NCBI GenBank assembly: GCA_024225395.1
Contig: JAAEMR010000159.1
Span: forward strand, 811 to 64,810
Length of the DNA: 64,000 bases
Direction of reading: 5' to 3'
From: Gammaproteobacteria bacterium
GTDB lineage: Bacteria; Pseudomonadota; Gammaproteobacteria; GCA-001735895
Within the stretch, counting starts at the first letter, position 1, and every line of letters begins with the position of its first letter. The notes under the pieces were generated by a model. That model made no database searches. It had not been told where the DNA came from and saw only the letters and a program-made list of their open reading frames with translations. A program made the translations under genes and the position numbers. Of the stretch, positions 61,317-64,000 are shown in pieces.

Positions 61317-62408
61317 TTACAGACCCAGTACGCGGTTTCTCTGCTCAATATAAGCAACGTCAGAGATTTTAGCCCAGGCACCGACATCCTGACGTGCAGT
61401 CAGAAAACTATCGTGAACTTTTTTGGCCAGTGCACTATGTGCCCGAACTTCCGCAAATACTTCCTCGGCTGCGTCACCAAAGCTATCATAAGTATCATCA
61501 CTGAATTTACGCAGCTTGACACCCTGCTCATTAATCAGTTTGGCCAGATGAGCACCATTCTTGGCATTGTACTCAGACATCATGATAGAGTTTTCTGTTT
61601 CAGCAGCGGCTCTAATGATCAGTTGATCTGTCCTGGACAGACCATCCCACCATTTTTTATTCATACCAACACTCAGTGAAGCACCTGGTTCATGCATTCC
61701 AGGGTAATAGTAATATTTGGCTGCTTCATAAAATTTCATGAAACTGTCATTCCATGGGCCAACCCATTCAGTTGCATCGATTGCACCGGAAACCAGGTTT
61801 TCATAAATTTGACCACCAGGTAATGAAACAGGAGAAGCGCCCAGTTTAGCCAGAACGTCGCCGCCCAGACCGGGAATACGCATTTTCAACCCTTTAAAGT
61901 CATCGGCAGAATTCATTTCCTTACGGAACCAGCCACCCATTTGAACACCTGTATTACCACAGGGTAGACATTTTACACCAAAACCACCCGCTACTTCGTC
62001 ATGCAGGGCTTCACCACCACCAAATCTCATCCATGCATTGAATTCAGTATAAGACAGACCAAATGGTACAGCAGTAAAATAAGCCCATGCAGGGTGCTTA
62101 CCTTTCCAGTAGTAATCTGCACCATGGTACATTTGTGCATTACCAGATGAAACTTCATCCAGTGAATCGAAAGCTTTTACTCTTTCACCAGCCGCAAAAT
62201 AGTTAACCTTCATACGACCACCGGAAATATCTTCCAGGTTTTTTGCGAAACGCTGAGCACCCGTACCCAGACCAGGAAAATCACGAGGCCAGGTAGAGAC
62301 CATATTGATTTCTATTCGACTTTTTGCAATAGCTGGTGCCGATACGGCAGCGCCAGCAGTACCAAGAGCAGCAGCTACACCTGTTTTCAGAACATCACGA
62401 CGTTTCAT
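61317..62408 (-). CDS. dctP: TRAP substrate-binding protein (DctP, TakP-like), Tat signal
   Basis: MKRRDVLK...APAIA, YYWKGK, NTGVQMGGWF, KMRIPGLGG, DATEWVGP, YYYPG.HEP. Confidence 0.92.
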   Translation of the reverse strand: MKRRDVLKTGVAAALGTAGAAVSAPAIAKSRIEINMVSTWPRDFPGLGTGAQRFAKNLEDISGGRMKVNYFAAGERVKAFDSLDEVSSGNAQMYHGADYYWKGKHPAWAYFTAVPFGLSYTEFNAWMRFGGGEALHDEVAGGFGVKCLPCGNTGVQMGGWFRKEMNSADDFKGLKMRIPGLGGDVLAKLGASPVSLPGGQIYENLVSGAIDATEWVGPWNDSFMKFYEAAKYYYYPGMHEPGASLSVGMNKKWWDGLSRTDQLIIRAAAETENSIMMSEYNAKNGAHLAKLINEQGVKLRKFSDDTYDSFGDAAEEVFAEVRAHSALAKKVHDSFLTARQDVGAWAKISDVAYIEQRNRVLGL

Positions 62409-62556
62409 ATATTTTTTCCTCTAAAGGGGTGTTTTTATTTATATTATCCGATTTTACTCATCAGCCTATGGCCAATCGAGAGCTAAACTTGGCTGATTCT
62501 CTACTCTAACTCTCTTCATATCAAGTCATTAAAGTTATAAGCTAATAATTATTTCC

Positions 62557-63381
62557 TCAACCCAGATGTTTATGTAAAAAAGCCAACGACCTGGACCAGG
62601 CTAACGCGGCATCATCAGCATCATACCTGGATCCGGTGGGGTTTGCGAAAGCATGGTTAGCGGTATACCAGTGATGGGTGTAATCTTTTTTACCCGCTTC
62701 ATCCAGCGCTTTTTCAAATTTACCGACCATTTTTTCATTGATCGATTTATCCAGGGTACCAAAGTGTCCGAGGACCGGGCTTTGCAATGAAGCCAGTTGG
62801 GCTGCCGATTTAGTCACCCGACCATAGTAGATAACCGTTGCATCCACCGGGGTTAACAAAGATGTTTCCAGCGACCAGCCGCCACCAAAACACCAGCCCA
62901 GTGTAGCCACCTTACCATTACCCTTTGAATTAGCTTTTAACCAGTTCACCCAGGCCACTACAGATTCTTTTGCTGTAGCCATATCCATGCCCTTCATATA
63001 TTTCATGGCATCTTCTCTTTTGCTGGCAACTTTACCGTTATACATATCTACAGCTATTGTCAGAAAACCTTCGTTAGCAAATTCCTGGGCAACCGCTTTA
63101 ATTTGGTCATTCAATCCCCACCATTCATGAATCAACAATAATGTCGGCGCATTTGCCTGTTCAGGGTAAGCCACCGCTGCAGATGTCATTGCTCCACCAG
63201 GTGTTTTGATACTGACAGTTTCAACTCCTTTGGCCGCTGCTGCAGCCAGTACCGGATCAGCCAGTATTGCGGCCAACGGCAAACTGGCCAAACCTTTAAT
63301 GAAAGCTCGTCTTTTTTGTTCAGGCACTTCTATCGGTGGCATATCACTATAATCTGCACCACAACTAATTTCATCGCACAT
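62557..63381 (-). CDS. Dienelactone hydrolase family protein (Tat-like signal)
   Basis: RRAFIKG, IHEWWGLN, GWCFGG, YYG, HAFANP. Confidence 0.9.
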   Translation of the reverse strand: MCDEISCGADYSDMPPIEVPEQKRRAFIKGLASLPLAAILADPVLAAAAAKGVETVSIKTPGGAMTSAAVAYPEQANAPTLLLIHEWWGLNDQIKAVAQEFANEGFLTIAVDMYNGKVASKREDAMKYMKGMDMATAKESVVAWVNWLKANSKGNGKVATLGWCFGGGWSLETSLLTPVDATVIYYGRVTKSAAQLASLQSPVLGHFGTLDKSINEKMVGKFEKALDEAGKKDYTHHWYTANHAFANPTGSRYDADDAALAWSRSLAFLHKHLG

Positions 63382-63431
63382 AGCTTATCCTCTCTTTATT
63401 GGTCGTTTTTTATAATATATATAATGAACTT

Positions 63432-63998
63432 TTAGTCACTCACTTCAGGTTCGGCTTGATAGCTTTCCTGCCTAAACCACTCAGCCACATCTTCATACAC
63501 CGATAACATGGCAGGAATCACCATCAGAATCAACAGGGTTGCATAAGCCAGCCCAAATGCAATGGAAACAGCCATCGGAATAAGAAATTGCGCCTGCCTG
63601 GAAGTTTCAAATAATAACGGTGTTAAGCCGGCAATCGTAGTTAAAGAAGTCAGTAACACGGCACGCAAACGCTGGCAGGCTGCTTCCACCAATGCTTCAT
63701 GAATACCCAGACCTTTTGCCCGAATATGCTTGTAAAAAGTCACCAGAATAATCGAATCATTGACCACGATGCCGGACAGGCCAAAAAAACCAAACAGGCT
63801 TAACATGGTCATATCCATACCCATCACCCAGTGACCTAATACGGCCCCGGTTAAACCCAGCGGTATGGTCAGCATCACCAGTAATGGCCATCCATAAGAT
63901 GAAAAAACCCAGGCTAATACCAGATAGATCATTGCAAAAGCTATGCCTACACCGATTCTCATATCGGTTAAAGTTTCACGCTGACTGGCAGCCCGTCC
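63432..63998 (-). CDS. RND efflux permease (AcrB/AcrD/AcrF family), C-terminal part; begins outside the window
   Basis: GIVVNDSIIL, RLRAVLLTSLTT, PMAVSIAFG; frame open to the window edge. Confidence 0.92.
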   Translation of the reverse strand, partial: GRAASQRETLTDMRIGVGIAFAMIYLVLAWVFSSYGWPLLVMLTIPLGLTGAVLGHWVMGMDMTMLSLFGFFGLSGIVVNDSIILVTFYKHIRAKGLGIHEALVEAACQRLRAVLLTSLTTIAGLTPLLFETSRQAQFLIPMAVSIAFGLAYATLLILMVIPAMLSVYEDVAEWFRQESYQAEPEVSD

Positions 63999-64000
63999 TT

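Overview
64 kb of AT-leaning chromosome from what looks like a marine gammaproteobacterium, probably facultatively anaerobic and possibly chemolithotrophic. The taxonomy is inferred from gene content only. Main blocks, left to right: (1) a partial c-heme/PAS/GGDEF/EAL gene beside an IS91-type transposase remnant; (2) an anaerobiosis cluster with class III ribonucleotide reductase (nrdD split into two ORFs, one missing from the ORF track, plus nrdG) and ubiT/ubiU/ubiV, with clear FNR and NrdR boxes; (3) an oxidoreductase-SelD fusion and a double-SBP MltF; (4) the mrdA-rodA-mltB-rlpA-dacA-dat-ybeD-lipB-lipA operon, then nhaD and rdgC; (5) a pyrophosphate cluster (hppA, adk, PPi-type pfk, ppa); (6) a VTC2/GDPGP1-like HIT enzyme, a PP2C-FGE fusion and an arsS radical-SAM/two-transferase cluster; (7) pyrD, tpm, a Crp/Fnr-DUF2892 unit, a TRAP transporter with an extended DctM, and a partial RND permease. 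The most striking unexplained signal is a family of six intergenic inverted-repeat elements. Their arms are built from tandem ~9-nt CACGAAG units around unrelated AT-rich spacers. No rRNA, tRNA or CRISPR array was recognised. All family calls come from motif recognition by eye, not database searches.
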